Both the position numbers and the translations under genes were made by a program. Of a DNA stretch of 64,000 nucleotides, positions 25,710 to 37,729 are shown one piece after another. The DNA lies in contig OZ024743.1 of assembly GCA_964016885.1 (NCBI GenBank), positions 10,540,001 to 10,604,000 on the forward strand, given 5' to 3'. This DNA is from Eledone cirrhosa (lineage: Eukaryota). Numbering within the stretch: the stretch's first letter is position 1; each line of letters opens with the position of its first letter. The notes beneath the pieces are model-generated. The model did no database searches. It was not told where the DNA came from and saw only the letters and a program-made list of their open reading frames with translations.

Positions 25710-27467
25710 GTAGCTTGGAAGTGTCACTACGAAAGGCTTCTAAATGAGGAGAACAAATGGGAGAAAGACAGTCTCCCCCACATCGACCCAATAGAGGGAC
25801 CAGCAGTGTTAGTCCAGGGTAGTACAATAAGCAAGGCAATCAAAGATATGAAGACGGGTAAGGCGGCTGGTCCTTCGGAAGTAGTTGCTGAGATGCTGAA
25901 GGCATCTGGTTCGGTGGGACACACCATGGTCACCCGAATAGTTAACCAAGTCGTACAGAATGGGGTTGTTCCGAAGGACTGGCGTAGCAGCATCATCGTT
26001 AACTGCTATAAGGGAAAAGGAGATGCCCTAGATAGGAGTAACTATAGAGGCATTAAATTAATCGACCAGGTCATGAAGGTCACGGAAAAAGTAATAGCGC
26101 AACTAATCAGAGAGAGAATTGATCTAGATGAAATGCAGTTCGGATTTGTGTCAGGCAAAAGTACCACAGACGCTCTTTTCATTGTACGACAACTACAGGA
26201 GAAGTACCTAGCTAAAAGTAAACCCCTCTACTTAGCTTTCGTCGACTTGGAGAAAGCCTTCGACAGAGTCCCCCGTTCCATTATCTGGTGGTCTCTTAGA
26301 AAACTAGGTGTTGACGAATGGCTTGTGAGAGCTATACAAGCCATGTATAAAGAAACAGTCAGTAAGGTTAGAATTAACAACGAATATAGTGAAGAGTTTA
26401 GCGTAAAAGTTGGTGTCCATCAGGGCTCTGTTCTTAGCCCCCTACTATTTATTATTGCCCTTCAGGCTATAACAGAGGAGTTCAAGACTGGCTGCCCATG
26501 GGAACTCCTATACGCAGATGATCTAACGCTCATAGCTGAATCAATGACCGAACTAGAGAAGAAATTCCAAACATGGAAGCACGGCCTAGAATCAAAAGGC
26601 CTTAAAATTAACCTGGCTAAGACTAAAGTTCTAGTTTGTAGGAAAGAAAATAAGGCGGCAGTCCCATCTGGGAAATGGCCATGCTCAGTGTGTAGGAAAG
26701 GCGTAGGTAGAAACTCCATTTTATGTCCCAAATGCAAAGTATGGGTGCATAAAAGATGTAGTGGGATCACAGGTAAGCTAACTAAGAACATAGATTTTAC
26801 ATGTGGCCGGTGCTCTGGTGCAATAAGTAGCAGCAAGTGCCCACAAAATACTAGCTCCTTCAACTGCGCAGAGGGTTCTATAGAAATAGTGGACAGCTTC
26901 CGTTACCTGGGTGACAAAATCAGCGGTGGGGGAGGGTGCTCTGAAAGTACAGTAGCTAGAGTCAGAACTGGATGGAAAAAGTTCAGAGAGCTTATACCAC
27001 TATTAGCCGCTAGAGGGTTCTCCCTAAAAATGAAAGGCAGGTTATACGATGCCTGCATACGAACAGCAATGCTGCATGGCAGTGAGACCTGGGCATTGTG
27101 TGCAGAGGATATACGCAGACTAGAGAGGAACGAAGCTTGCATGCTCCGCTGGATGTGCAATAGTAATATACGTGAACGGCAAAGCATAAACGAACTAAGG
27201 AAAAAATTAGAAATAAGAGGGATCAGATGTTGTTTACTCGAGAGAAGGCTACGTTGGTACGGTCACGTGATGCGCATGAAAGACGACAGCTGTATAACAA
27301 AGTGCAGGGCAATAAAGATAGACGGTAGCCACGGAGTAGGCAGACCCAGAAAAACATGGGACGAGCTGATAAATTCCGACCTCACACGCTTACACCGCTC
27401 CAAGACAATGTCACTGGACCGAGACCTTTGGCGGTACTCAGTAATAGAGAAGACCTGCCTTACCTAA
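25704..27467 (+). CDS. RTE reverse transcriptase ORF (587 aa, 5'-truncated, no endonuclease) with internal PHD-type finger
   Basis: Uninterrupted ORF with FVDLEKAFD, QGSVLSP, YADD, C4HC3 finger, FRYLG, GSETW and GRPRKTW. The TTG start is an artefact of truncation. Confidence 0.93.
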   Translation: MKVAWKCHYERLLNEENKWEKDSLPHIDPIEGPAVLVQGSTISKAIKDMKTGKAAGPSEVVAEMLKASGSVGHTMVTRIVNQVVQNGVVPKDWRSSIIVNCYKGKGDALDRSNYRGIKLIDQVMKVTEKVIAQLIRERIDLDEMQFGFVSGKSTTDALFIVRQLQEKYLAKSKPLYLAFVDLEKAFDRVPRSIIWWSLRKLGVDEWLVRAIQAMYKETVSKVRINNEYSEEFSVKVGVHQGSVLSPLLFIIALQAITEEFKTGCPWELLYADDLTLIAESMTELEKKFQTWKHGLESKGLKINLAKTKVLVCRKENKAAVPSGKWPCSVCRKGVGRNSILCPKCKVWVHKRCSGITGKLTKNIDFTCGRCSGAISSSKCPQNTSSFNCAEGSIEIVDSFRYLGDKISGGGGCSESTVARVRTGWKKFRELIPLLAARGFSLKMKGRLYDACIRTAMLHGSETWALCAEDIRRLERNEACMLRWMCNSNIRERQSINELRKKLEIRGIRCCLLERRLRWYGHVMRMKDDSCITKCRAIKIDGSHGVGRPRKTWDELINSDLTRLHRSKTMSLDRDLWRYSVIEKTCLT

Positions 27468-27966
27468 ATACAAAGTAAAAACCTACTACAGTCAGTAGGC
27501 ATCTCTATCAACCCCCCCCCCCCGTCCCACCACCTCCACCCCATCCACACCGCCCCTTTCAATGTAAAGTTATGTTGGTCCCACAACATCCAGGCCGAAA
27601 CAAATGAGATCGTGTAGGTGTCACGACAAAAAAACACACAGTCCACGCTGTAAATGTGGCCGTGTAGGCAACACGGTAAAAACCTCCCAGCCCCACACTG
27701 TAAATGTGGTTGGTGTTAGGAAGGGCATCCAGCTGTAGAAAACCCGCCAGACAGTCCACGCTGTAATGTGGCGTGTAGGCAACACGGTAAAAACCTCCCA
27801 GCCCCACACTGTAAATGTGGTTGGTGTTAGGAAGGGCATCCAACTGTAGAAAACCCGCCAGACAGTCCTATGCGAGCAAGACAACCACTCTTGCCTCAAG
27901 TGGGAAAACCCCCGTCCAAACCCATGCAAGCGTGGAACACGGACGCTAAACCTGATGATGATGATG
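25710..27966 (+). mobile_element. Young 5'-truncated RTE LINE (family B) with 0.5-kb 3'UTR
   Basis: Intact ORF, CpG-rich, 3'UTR ending in (GAT)n; tgaag at both junctions (25705-25709, 27965-27969). Confidence 0.93.
27638..27861 (+). repeat. Tandem duplication (113 and 111 bp) of the RTE 3'UTR module
   Basis: acagtccacgctgtaa...gtagaaaacccgccag occurs twice. Confidence 0.93.
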
Positions 27967-27969
27967 AAG

Positions 27970-28395
27970 ACAGTGAGTTTGGCTTTCACACGTACCTCCC
28001 TTCTTCTGATTACCTGAAGGAAGCATATCACTGCACCAGCTCTTGCAATTCTTTCACATAATTAACCTCCTGACATCCATCTTTCATGAATACGGTTCCA
28101 AGATACTTGGACTTCTCCACTGCTTCAGTGGAACTCCAGCATATTAAGTGCATGTTGGAGATCCCTTTCTGATGAGCAAAGTAATAACATATCATCTGCA
28201 ATTTCCAGTCTACTGATCTTCCACCAGCTAGTCATGATACCACTTCTAGCCTGACTGCATGGCAATCCAGTTCATAAAGATTATGAACAGGAGAGGGGAC
28301 TACACATTCATGATGAAGTTAGACTCCCACATTGAATGGTTTCAATTTAACACCATTTATATGAGAACAAATACTAGAGCATTTGTATATAGGCA
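27970..28395 (-). mobile_element. Expander-like RTE remnant, continuation of 25300-25709
   Basis: Resumes at agtttggctttcacac; minus strand has FADDMLLL and KYLG; collinear with 13600-14100. Confidence 0.75.
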
Positions 28396-30425
28396 TCAGT
28401 CCCATACTCCTGCAAAACCTTCCATAGTAGGTCCCATGGAAAGTGGTCATATGCTTCTGCAGTTTCTGTCCACTAAATTCCACTTACAAGGCATTGGTCA
28501 ACCTGAGGTAATAGTAGAAGACCTTCGCCCAAGTTTCCACACAGTGATAGTGAACCCTTAACCTCATGGTTTTGACCATACAATCATGCCTATGCCTGTG
28601 CATAAATTGACATATAAGAAAGAGGGAATGAATCAGTGCAACAATACTGCCTTTCTCAAGTTAAATAAAATGGCTACTAACGGAAACAGAAGCTGGGACA
28701 AAGATTCAATTTTTCTGAATGCATATTTGTAACTCCAGATCACATTCCATTGTTCTCAATTGTCAATTATTTTTCTTGACCAGACACAAGTCCTCATATT
28801 TATAGAGAAGAAAAACGGAAATTTGAGATAAATCATTTTTTCCTTTTGCTTCTTGATAGAACTGAGAATTAAAACTAGGTCACAAATTCAGTTTGACATG
28901 TACTTACTTCTCTTAAATATTTACATTTTCATATCCTTTAAAGTATTTTGTTTTATATGAATCAGCCAGAGTGTTAGATCAATGTTCTAACACCCCTTGT
29001 TTAACACCAATCATGAATGCTATAATGTAATAGAGAAGATTTTTACCCAATGTTGGCAGCTCAAGCCAAATAAATGTTTCTAATTGTAGGATCTCCAATA
29101 GTTCCAGCAATAGGATCTGCTAAAGCTGCGGCAAACCATTACGTGAAATAATATACAATATCATAAATTTGTTGTAGCTTTCCCAGAGGATCAATAAAGT
29201 GTAAAGTGATGCCAGACTGGGACTGAATCTTGATTGTGTGCCAAGTATAGGAAACAAATTATTTATGTTAATTTACATTACACATGTGTAAATCTCTATT
29301 TTTTCTCTCTATTTCTTATCAGTATGCATGTGCTGTATTCGTGTTTGTGAATGTATGCATATGTCTATATAAAAGAGCATGTGTTCTTAAGAGAGCGTAA
29401 CTGTAATTGTATGTATGTATAGATGTATATATTTATGTATCTATATACTGATACACAGAGAGTGACAAATATATATAGAAGATGAAGAGAAAAACAGGTA
29501 GAGAATAAGGCAAATAAATGAACAAGCAAATAAAAATGAGAGCTATCTATCTATGTTTATGTTTTGACAGTTAGAAATTACTATGAAAGCTGAAGTTATT
29601 GACCAATGAGAAATGTTTAGTTAAACAAGAGTGTTATCAAGAGTATATAAGGTTATAACTTGTATTGATTTCAATCCACCAAAGTAACATAAAGCAGGTC
29701 AACTTTGACGTAGCTCAATCTAATCATCATTATTCACATTAAGTTAAACTCATAGAGAAAGCATAAGTGCCCAGTAGCTAGCTGTGAATTAGGGTCACGT
29801 TGTTGACACAAGGTCAGGGATAATGAATTGAGAACAGCCAAGACAAGTAGCTGTAGATTCTGGCTATATGCAGATATATATACAGTATATTATATGATTT
29901 TGTGGCAGGACATATGAGAGGACTATCCAAGCAACCATTTCACAATCAAAGGTGAGAAAGGTCGCAATAAAGCATAAAGTAAGAAATTGTTTCACAGCAG
30001 ATGCCTGCTAGAAAAGACATCAAAATTGAGTGAGCAGGAATAGCAGAGTACTAGGCTAAATGATTTATAGAATTTAGTTTTGTTTCTCTAAATTCAGAGT
30101 TCAAATCACATCAGTTGACATTCTCTTTAATAACCCCAGAATCAATATAGAAAACTATGTGTAATATTTATTATATATAAGCTGATTTAATCAACTGTAC
30201 ATGTTACCATACAAAAATTGGCCAGGTGACTAATTAAGAAATAAGCATATTTGTAACTCAGATGGCAGTGTGGGTAACTAAGACAGTAGACTACACCATA
30301 CCAGATAATCTACTGTTTCTAAATTTGTTTTTGTTCTGTGTTCAAACCTTTCTTGGATCAATATTATCAAATGTCCTTCCATTACTGATGAAAATAATAC
30401 TTATAATAGATTGATTCTCAATTAA

Positions 30426-30640
30426 CCCATTTAAACCAGCCGTATCCAGCCAGATTTCTCTCACCTTTTTCTGTTTAAACCGACTGTAACTACCCCCTCA
30501 TACTGACGTTAAGGTATTGTTCTCAAAATAAATAATATCAAAATCTCATAAATTCGATATTATGTGAGATAATGATGTAAGGTAAAGCCTTTCCTATGAA
30601 AACATAATAGTAAATACAGAGTAATGCAAATGCTAAAGGG
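30426..30640. mobile_element. TTAA-flanked MITE (piggyBac-like)
   Basis: TTAA-CCC...GGG-TTAA, with TTAA at 30422-30425 and 30641-30644. Confidence 0.7.
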
Positions 30641-30789
30641 TTAAATTGACTACTCCCATTTCGCTAATGTGTAGCCCACATTAATGTATTGCACATATAA
30701 TGTTACTGCTGCTACATACAAAAACAACCTGGCCTGCATTCAATGTAATGTTATTTGGCCCTGATGCATTCACAAACATGCTATATCTA

Positions 30790-31290
30790 TTCTGTGGCAG
30801 ACTGCTACTTTCTGTATAATGCCATTGAGGTAAGGCAATGTTGGAGTACCCTCTCTAAGGTGCAGACCTAGGCAAGATTAGTGTGGAAGACCAGTAGTTA
30901 CCCATACAACAAGTTTCCTCTATCCATATCTATGCTACCAATGTTGTCTATGGGAAGGGTCAGAGCCAATATAGCTCAGCTGTATCACAGAAGTTACCAA
31001 AACAAAGTTGATAACAATGTCAGGCTACTTATGAACTCCAGCTCTGGGTTTGATCTCATGTTTATTTCTGAAACCTTTGACATGAGTAGGTATGATGTCA
31101 AAGCTGTGGAGGTTTTTAAAATCAGATTGCTTTCTACATATGACAATTTCTGTCTATCCAAAGCACAGTGCAAAACCAACTTTCTATTCACAGTGCCTGT
31201 CATAAGAAGCACATTTTAGAAGTGGGAGTTTTTCCCTGCCGCCACTCTTTGGCTTCACTGCCTTGGAACTATGTTATATCTACTAGCACA
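30790..31290 (-). mobile_element. Repeat related to the 3' half of SINE family B, probably RTE 5'UTR-derived
   Basis: 30860-30990 resembles the reverse complement of 7300-7450 and 11060-11200. Confidence 0.5.
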
Positions 31291-31397
31291 CAAATCTGTT
31301 ACTTTTGTTCTCTACATATGCTTCAGAAATGTACTTGTTTAGTAACTGGCTTGATTTGATGTGATGAAACTGAAATAATTATAACAGAAGTGTCCTT

Positions 31398-31657
31398 TTA
31401 ACCATTTAAAACCCCACAAAACTATGTTCACCCTTGTATATTTTGATTATTTCTTAAAAGTAATATGAACTGTTCAAAATGCTTCAGTGTACTTCTATAA
31501 CCTGGTCACTGGCACAATTCCATTGCATTGGAAATGTGTCAGTAACCAGGTTGCAGAAATGCTAGAAAACCTCTTAACACTTCATAGTTAATAATAGTAC
31601 TATTACAAAATCAACAAAATTGGATATAACAGTTTCTGTATATTTTTAAATGGCTAA
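31398..31657. mobile_element. Palindromic (foldback) MITE
   Basis: Ends ttaaccatttaaaa / ttttaaatggctaa; central 30-bp arms at 31493-31558 with 5 mismatches. Confidence 0.7.
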
Positions 31658-31943
31658 CATGGCTTCCACATAGTAATTGTATTATAGCTTCTACTCCCTA
31701 ACAGACTGATTCCACTTCTACTGAAGCCTTCTGCCAGTATATACCACTCCTACTCTTATTGTTTCTACTGCATTTCACGCAACAAATCCTACAGTAACAC
31801 TTTGTTCTGTTCTCTATGCATCCCTCAATGTAGTCATCTGGAATTTCTTCTCAGCCTACATTTTCACTTCATCCATCATGGGTATTACTATTTTCCTTCT
31901 CCTTGCAGCATATATTATTATTTTGAACCAGGTTAGCTTTGTT

Positions 31944-32200
31944 TAACTCTTTCAATACTATATTTCTAATGAAAGATACTATAATTTTCAAATTATCATG
32001 AAAATAATCGAAGATTTGTGGGGATGTACTAAAATGAATGCCTTTCTCGTTATTAGCTAATTATTGGAACATAACTTAACAAAGGTTTCTACATAAAGTT
32101 ATGAGGGAGGTTTTTAGATAAATATCAACATTTTGAAATGAACAGCTTTGTATCATAGAACCAGGAACAATGTCAGGTAGTTTGATGTCAAAAGAATTAA
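31944..32200. mobile_element. TTAA-flanked MITE
   Basis: ttaactcttt...tcaaaagaattaa; internal sequence shared with 690-1112 and 50566-50760. Confidence 0.6.
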
Positions 32201-32205
32201 ACTGA

Positions 32206-33310
32206 TCTCTATATATATAAAACAGAGGATGTCTGTCTGTGTGTGTCTGTGTAAATCCCTAATTTCAAACTTTACACATGCATTACTTATATTTCTTGAA
32301 GTGCAATGGGCTAAAAAAATTTAACTTTTTCTGCCCTAGGTGAAAAACCAATTCTGTCCTAGGCGAAAAACTGCATTTTAAAGTCATTTTTAGGCTTTTT
32401 TGATAAACTTAAAGATAATCTGGCCGATTTCCTCGAAATTTGTAGCACATTAGTTAATCCCCTCGCATTGCCGTGGACGAAAGAAATTTCTGATTCCATT
32501 AATGGTTTCTAGGAAATTTATGAATTAGCATTGGGCATTACATGCCATTTTCATTTTCAATATAAACACTACTTAAACATTGTAAGTAGCGTATAATATT
32601 TTGTTAAAAATTTGGTTTATTTAACAGAGGACACAACACTTACTTTTAAGCAGGACCATTTTCGGGGGATTGAGGAAATGTGGAGGACCTTAAAATTTTT
32701 GTCAGCGCCCTGTTGACGCTTCGTGCTTTCATCACACGCAAATTCGGGTCCTGTCGACATTGCTGTGTTATTGACACCATAAAACTCACGTCTGTGCTAC
32801 TTCTACTAAGACCCCTTTTGTTGCACCTACACCACAGTATGAATGTCCTGCACAAATACGCCGAACAGCGGTTGTGCTAATTCCGTGGTGACTCCTTTTG
32901 TTGCACCTTTGTTGCTGTGTAAATGCAGTGCAACCAGTTCTGCCCAGCATTTGTGCTAATTGCAATATGACGCCCTTCTGCTGCAGCTGTCTTGCCATGC
33001 TGATTTCGTCATCTCAATATCCTTAAACGTACATCCCTACTTGGTTTTCACACAATTGACTACGTCGCTCCTTCAGACTGATGTGTGTTCCCCATCCAGA
33101 CTTACGATATACATCGCCTCACAACACTTACTCCTTTCGCATACAGGATTTCCGCAATCAGCTCACTGCTGTTCTACATTTCCAGTAGAGGAACAATTAT
33201 TCCCTGAGAATAAGGGAATTCAAAAAGTACACAGCTACATTCCTAAACCTTTGCATATGTGTGTTGCTATTCACGTTTCCTACCCCGTGCAATGCCAGGT
33301 CCTGCTGCTA
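32206..33310 (+). mobile_element. Non-autonomous Helitron-like element
   Basis: 5' A|TCtctatatatataaaa followed by (ctgt)/(gt) repeats. 3' cccgtgcaatgccagg subterminal hairpin-like motif, then ctgcta (final G of CTAG missing). Interior is CpG-richer than the flanks. Confidence 0.55.
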
Positions 33311-34220
33311 TGATAAAAAGCTTTCCAGCTGTGACCATGCCATTGTTTTATGTATATAGGATTACATTATCTAATGCTTTTCTCCCCTTCTAAGATGGTA
33401 AGGTGTAATTTGAAGAGATTTTGTTTGCTATTTCTAGAAGATCTAAAAACCATGTAGAGGCTCTCCCATTAGATTGTCTGCACTATATGATATTTTCTTT
33501 TGTTAAAATATATCATAAATCAATATAGCTGGAAATTTCATAATGTTGGTAATTAGCTGGATGTTACTATTTTACTCAGTGTTCATGTGTGTATATGTGC
33601 ATGTATGTGTGTATATGTGCATGTATGTGTGTTTGCATAGGTGTGCACTTACATATGCTTGTTTCAAGTGTTGTATTTTCCTCTAATGTAATGCCAATTA
33701 TTTGAGGTTCAAATTGTGCTTTTACAAAAGTAAAAACAAGCATGGGTTTATCAGGATTTTATCACAGAAATTTCCGCATACTGTCTTTTCATATATAATT
33801 CACAAAAACATACTCCTAGGTATTTATGATCAATTACTTTGCTGAGATCAACATATGTGAAGACAAAATGTAGATTATATTTTAGGCAAAATAATAGTAC
33901 CAGAATTGTACACGTTAGGAATAAATTTAATTTTTCTCTCACTCTCTTTCATTCCACTGAACTTTTAATCTTGGTTCTCAACATTGGTCTTTCAAATGTT
34001 TTTACCATATTTATAATGAAGCATTTTCTGCTGCCTTTTTGAATCCCAACTCTACGCTCCTCTCTAAGTTCAATATGAACTAGGTAAGTGATAATGAGCG
34101 ACAGTATTCATTTATCAAATAATGGTAGTTAAGATGGGATTAAATCACCGTAATATATATATATATATATATGCTTGGAGAGAGATGGGCTTCGCATACA
34201 TATATATATAAATATATATA

Positions 34221-34700
34221 CTAGACCACCCATGACCCGTTGGGTGCACTTTACTTGAAAATAACTTTTAAATAATTAAAATATACACAGGCATTTATAT
34301 AATGTAAAATGAAATTGGAAGGCTCATATATATGTGTGTGTCTCTCTCTCTTCCATTTGCCTTCTCTGTCTCCTCTTCTCTCACAACCATTATCTCTTTC
34401 TCTTTCAATTTTAGTCTTCGCATTTATTATTACTATATATGTATATATATAGTTTTGCGAGAATACAATGCAACTGGAGGAAACAATAGCACCACTGACG
34501 ATGTTGCAGATGTGCAACAAAATAACTTTGATAAACTATATATATGTGTTTGTGTCTATATTGTATCTGTATTATTTTTTACCATTGGTCAGTCAATGGC
34601 AACATTGAGGACCGAATAAATTAGATTACCGATATAAAAGACACAGACGCGAAAACCAACCAAACAGTGAGTGTGTTCTGTTATTAATTCTGGCAATATT
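34221..34700 (-). mobile_element. Helitron-like 3' end (5' boundary unknown)
   Basis: Minus strand reads caccca-acgggtca-tgggtg hairpin, then gtCTAG|T. Confidence 0.45.
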
Positions 34701-35286
34701 ACACAAATATGACCCTCCCCAAGTATAACAATATGTATATATATATATATATGTGTGTGTGTATATATATACATGTATATTGTATTAGCAAGAAATGCAC
34801 ACTGTTACATAACATATTCAAAGAAATGCATTGTTACCTCATCAGCCACCTTGCAAGCAATGTACTTTTATGCATTAAGGTCATATTGCACTTGTAATGC
34901 CAGTTTGTGCAACAAAATGGAACTCACTCTGTTGATGTGATGCATGTGATACATTGATGAAACAAATGATGGAGAGGAGAACTTATGGATGTCGTTCAAC
35001 CAAAGGAGATACATATATGAAAATTTACAACTAAAATTGAGTGACTAAAAGTTTGAGCATGTAAATATATTTAGATATGATCCATACACACGTAAAATTA
35101 CTTGCAATCAAATGTTTCATAATCTAACAATCTTGCAGAAGTGCAAGCTAGTGGTAAGAAACTTTCAGAAGAACTGGACAGCCAGCCCATATTGTCAAGC
35201 ATATTTGAAGATTTGATTGCAATAAAATTTGTGTGTGGATGAATTATAATAATTTAGCTCTGTTTCTCTCTCTCTCTCTCTCTCTC

Positions 35287-35319
<33 letters not shown>

Positions 35320-35332
35320 ACTATATATATAT

Positions 35333-35445
35333 ATATTTATTAAAATAACAGATTAAAGTTTAAGCAAAGAATCGCTGCTTTCACCCTTAACGGGATCTTC
35401 TAGCGATTCTTTGCTTAAACTTTAATCTGTTATTTTAATAAATAT
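35333..35445. repeat. Perfect 44-bp inverted repeat with 25-nt spacer
   Basis: Arms at 35333-35376 and 35402-35445 are exact reverse complements. Confidence 0.95.
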
Positions 35446-36129
35446 TTGCTCTACGGTTCTTATATATTTGATATATATTTATCCTTATCGAGCCCTCTTT
35501 GGATTTTAGTCTTCAAATTTATTATTATTTCTATATATATATATACAAATGTGTACAAGCACAATACTAGAATAAATACAATTGACTAAGATTCGTTGAA
35601 TGCAATGACCCAGAGTGGACAGAGTCCAAAGAATTTAACTAGGTAAAGAATACAAGAATAAAAAAAGAACGCAGATTGTGATCAATACTTTATGCATTAG
35701 ATTTCTCTGTGATGTATACTCAACATATATATATTATTAATATATATATGGCTTTCTGTTATAGCCATATATCTGAAATATAATGTTTACATTGTAACTA
35801 TCAATCATATTTAACACAGCACTAATGAAATATATAAAAATCATATAATGTTTGGTATCAAATGTAAGAGTAATGCTAAATACTTAGAGGTTATAAAGAA
35901 AACAGGATATATGCTAATACAAGCTTTATAGTTTGTTTTATATAACATTGATTAATTAACAGGGTTCATTTCCTTGTGAGTAAATCTTTAAAAATATTTA
36001 TACATAGTTAAAACCTATTGGATAAAATGCAGGCCTTCCTTCAGTTAATAGTAGCAAGCTGTAGGGATAGTTATTTTGAAACAGAAATTGTAGATTCTGC
36101 CAAAGTAAACTAAATGTCATTATATTTAT

Positions 36130-37700
36130 TCCAATCATCATCATTGCCATCATTTCCCTTTTATGTTCCATACTTACATGGGCCCAATGTTATGAGGTTA
36201 GCCAAGTCACGCGACCACGTTTTGCTCATACAATCCAATTTGGGTTTGGTTTTCTACAGCTGGATTCCTTTCTTAATCCCACCCACATTACTGGGAGAAT
36301 ATTTCATGGCACTGCCACTAACAGCTAACATGGTATACAGAGTATTTTTTTTCATGGCACCACAACTACCAGCTTAGAGAGTAGACAGGGTGTTTTTTGT
36401 CCTGGCACCAGTATGACCACCTGACAGAGTGGACTCAATGTTTTTATGTTATACACCCACTTTACAGAATAGGGTTTTTTGTGAGAAAGTAAGCACCTTG
36501 TCATGGGTGACCTTGAAGAAAGGGAGCTGCACTTGATAGTATATTAGGGATTGTGTCCAGCTTTCTATGCAAGCATAGGTTGGAGAGGAAAGGTGTATCA
36601 GGGATGTAGCAGGGAGCACAACACCATCATCATTATCATCATGGTTAAATGTCTATTTTTCATGTCCTCCTAAACCTGCCAGGTTGTGAAGGTCTGAGAC
36701 TAGCCCAAAAAGGTGACCACATCTAGTTCATACATTTCATTTTGGCAAGACGTCCATGATTGGATGCCCTTCAAACCCCATCAGAGCATTTTATCATGGT
36801 ACGAGGTGGGGTGTGCCTGGATTTCCATAGCATGAGTTAGTTGTGAATGTGGAGTACATCTGTCATTTTGTGTTGATAGAGTTTGACTGGATTAGGAGAG
36901 GAGATAAAGGGAGTTGTCTTTCCATGCTGGAAAGCGTTGAACAAGCAAAGTGGGGTTGGGGGAAGCGAATGAGAGAATGCTAAGGTAGGGCACTTATCTA
37001 GTGAGGGGTAAGGGATAGGAGTATTAAGATGGGGGCATTGTATTAGAAAGATTGAGGCAAACTAGCATCCTCTTAATGCTTGTATCATCCTGATGTGCAA
37101 GTATACAGGTCTTCTGCAGTATTAACTGTCAACCGTGAACTTAATCCTACATCATCTTCTTTGTGAGGTTTAATTGCATGCGGTCAGCTTTTATCACACC
37201 ACAAGCTTTCCTGTGTCTTCCTATTCCATAGTTTCCATCAATTTCAAGCATCTTGCACATCTTTATAAAGATGTCATGCATCACACATTCATACCATCAC
37301 AGTTCTCCTGCATACTGCATCTGACCCATATGCACTGTTTCTCTCTCAGTTCATTGATGCTTCATTGCTCATTGTTCATGTACGCTATTATTACACATGA
37401 ATTGGAGCATGCTAGTTTCATTTTGTTCCAACCTTCATCTGCACATAAAACTCAAGTCTCACATCGATGCAACATTGCCACTTGCTTAAAAGCATCATAC
37501 ATTTTTCTTTTTTGTTATTGTTTTTTTAGAAAAACTCCCTTTTGCTAGCAGTGGTAGTAGCTCCCTGAAGTTTTTTCATCCCATTCTCACTCTGGCTACT
37601 ATATTTTCAGAACCTCCACTGCTAATTTAATTACTTAAATAAAAAAAACTGACAACTATTTCTAAGGATTCTGCTGAACATTTGCTAAAGCTTATTTCAC
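36130..37700 (-). mobile_element. Degraded RTE 3' remnants with tandem UTR modules
   Basis: Two (CAT)n tails (about 36135 and 36625), multiple antisense tggcac/ccac modules, and decayed RT C-terminus at 37150-37700. Confidence 0.6.
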
Positions 37701-37729
37701 TTCCTCTGCATTGCAGGCCATGCTACCAG

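Noticed and set aside
27610-27870. Repeat-spacer-like pattern suggesting a CRISPR array
   Set aside because: Units are tandem duplications with no unique spacers, lie in a LINE 3'UTR, and there are no cas genes; the DNA is eukaryotic.
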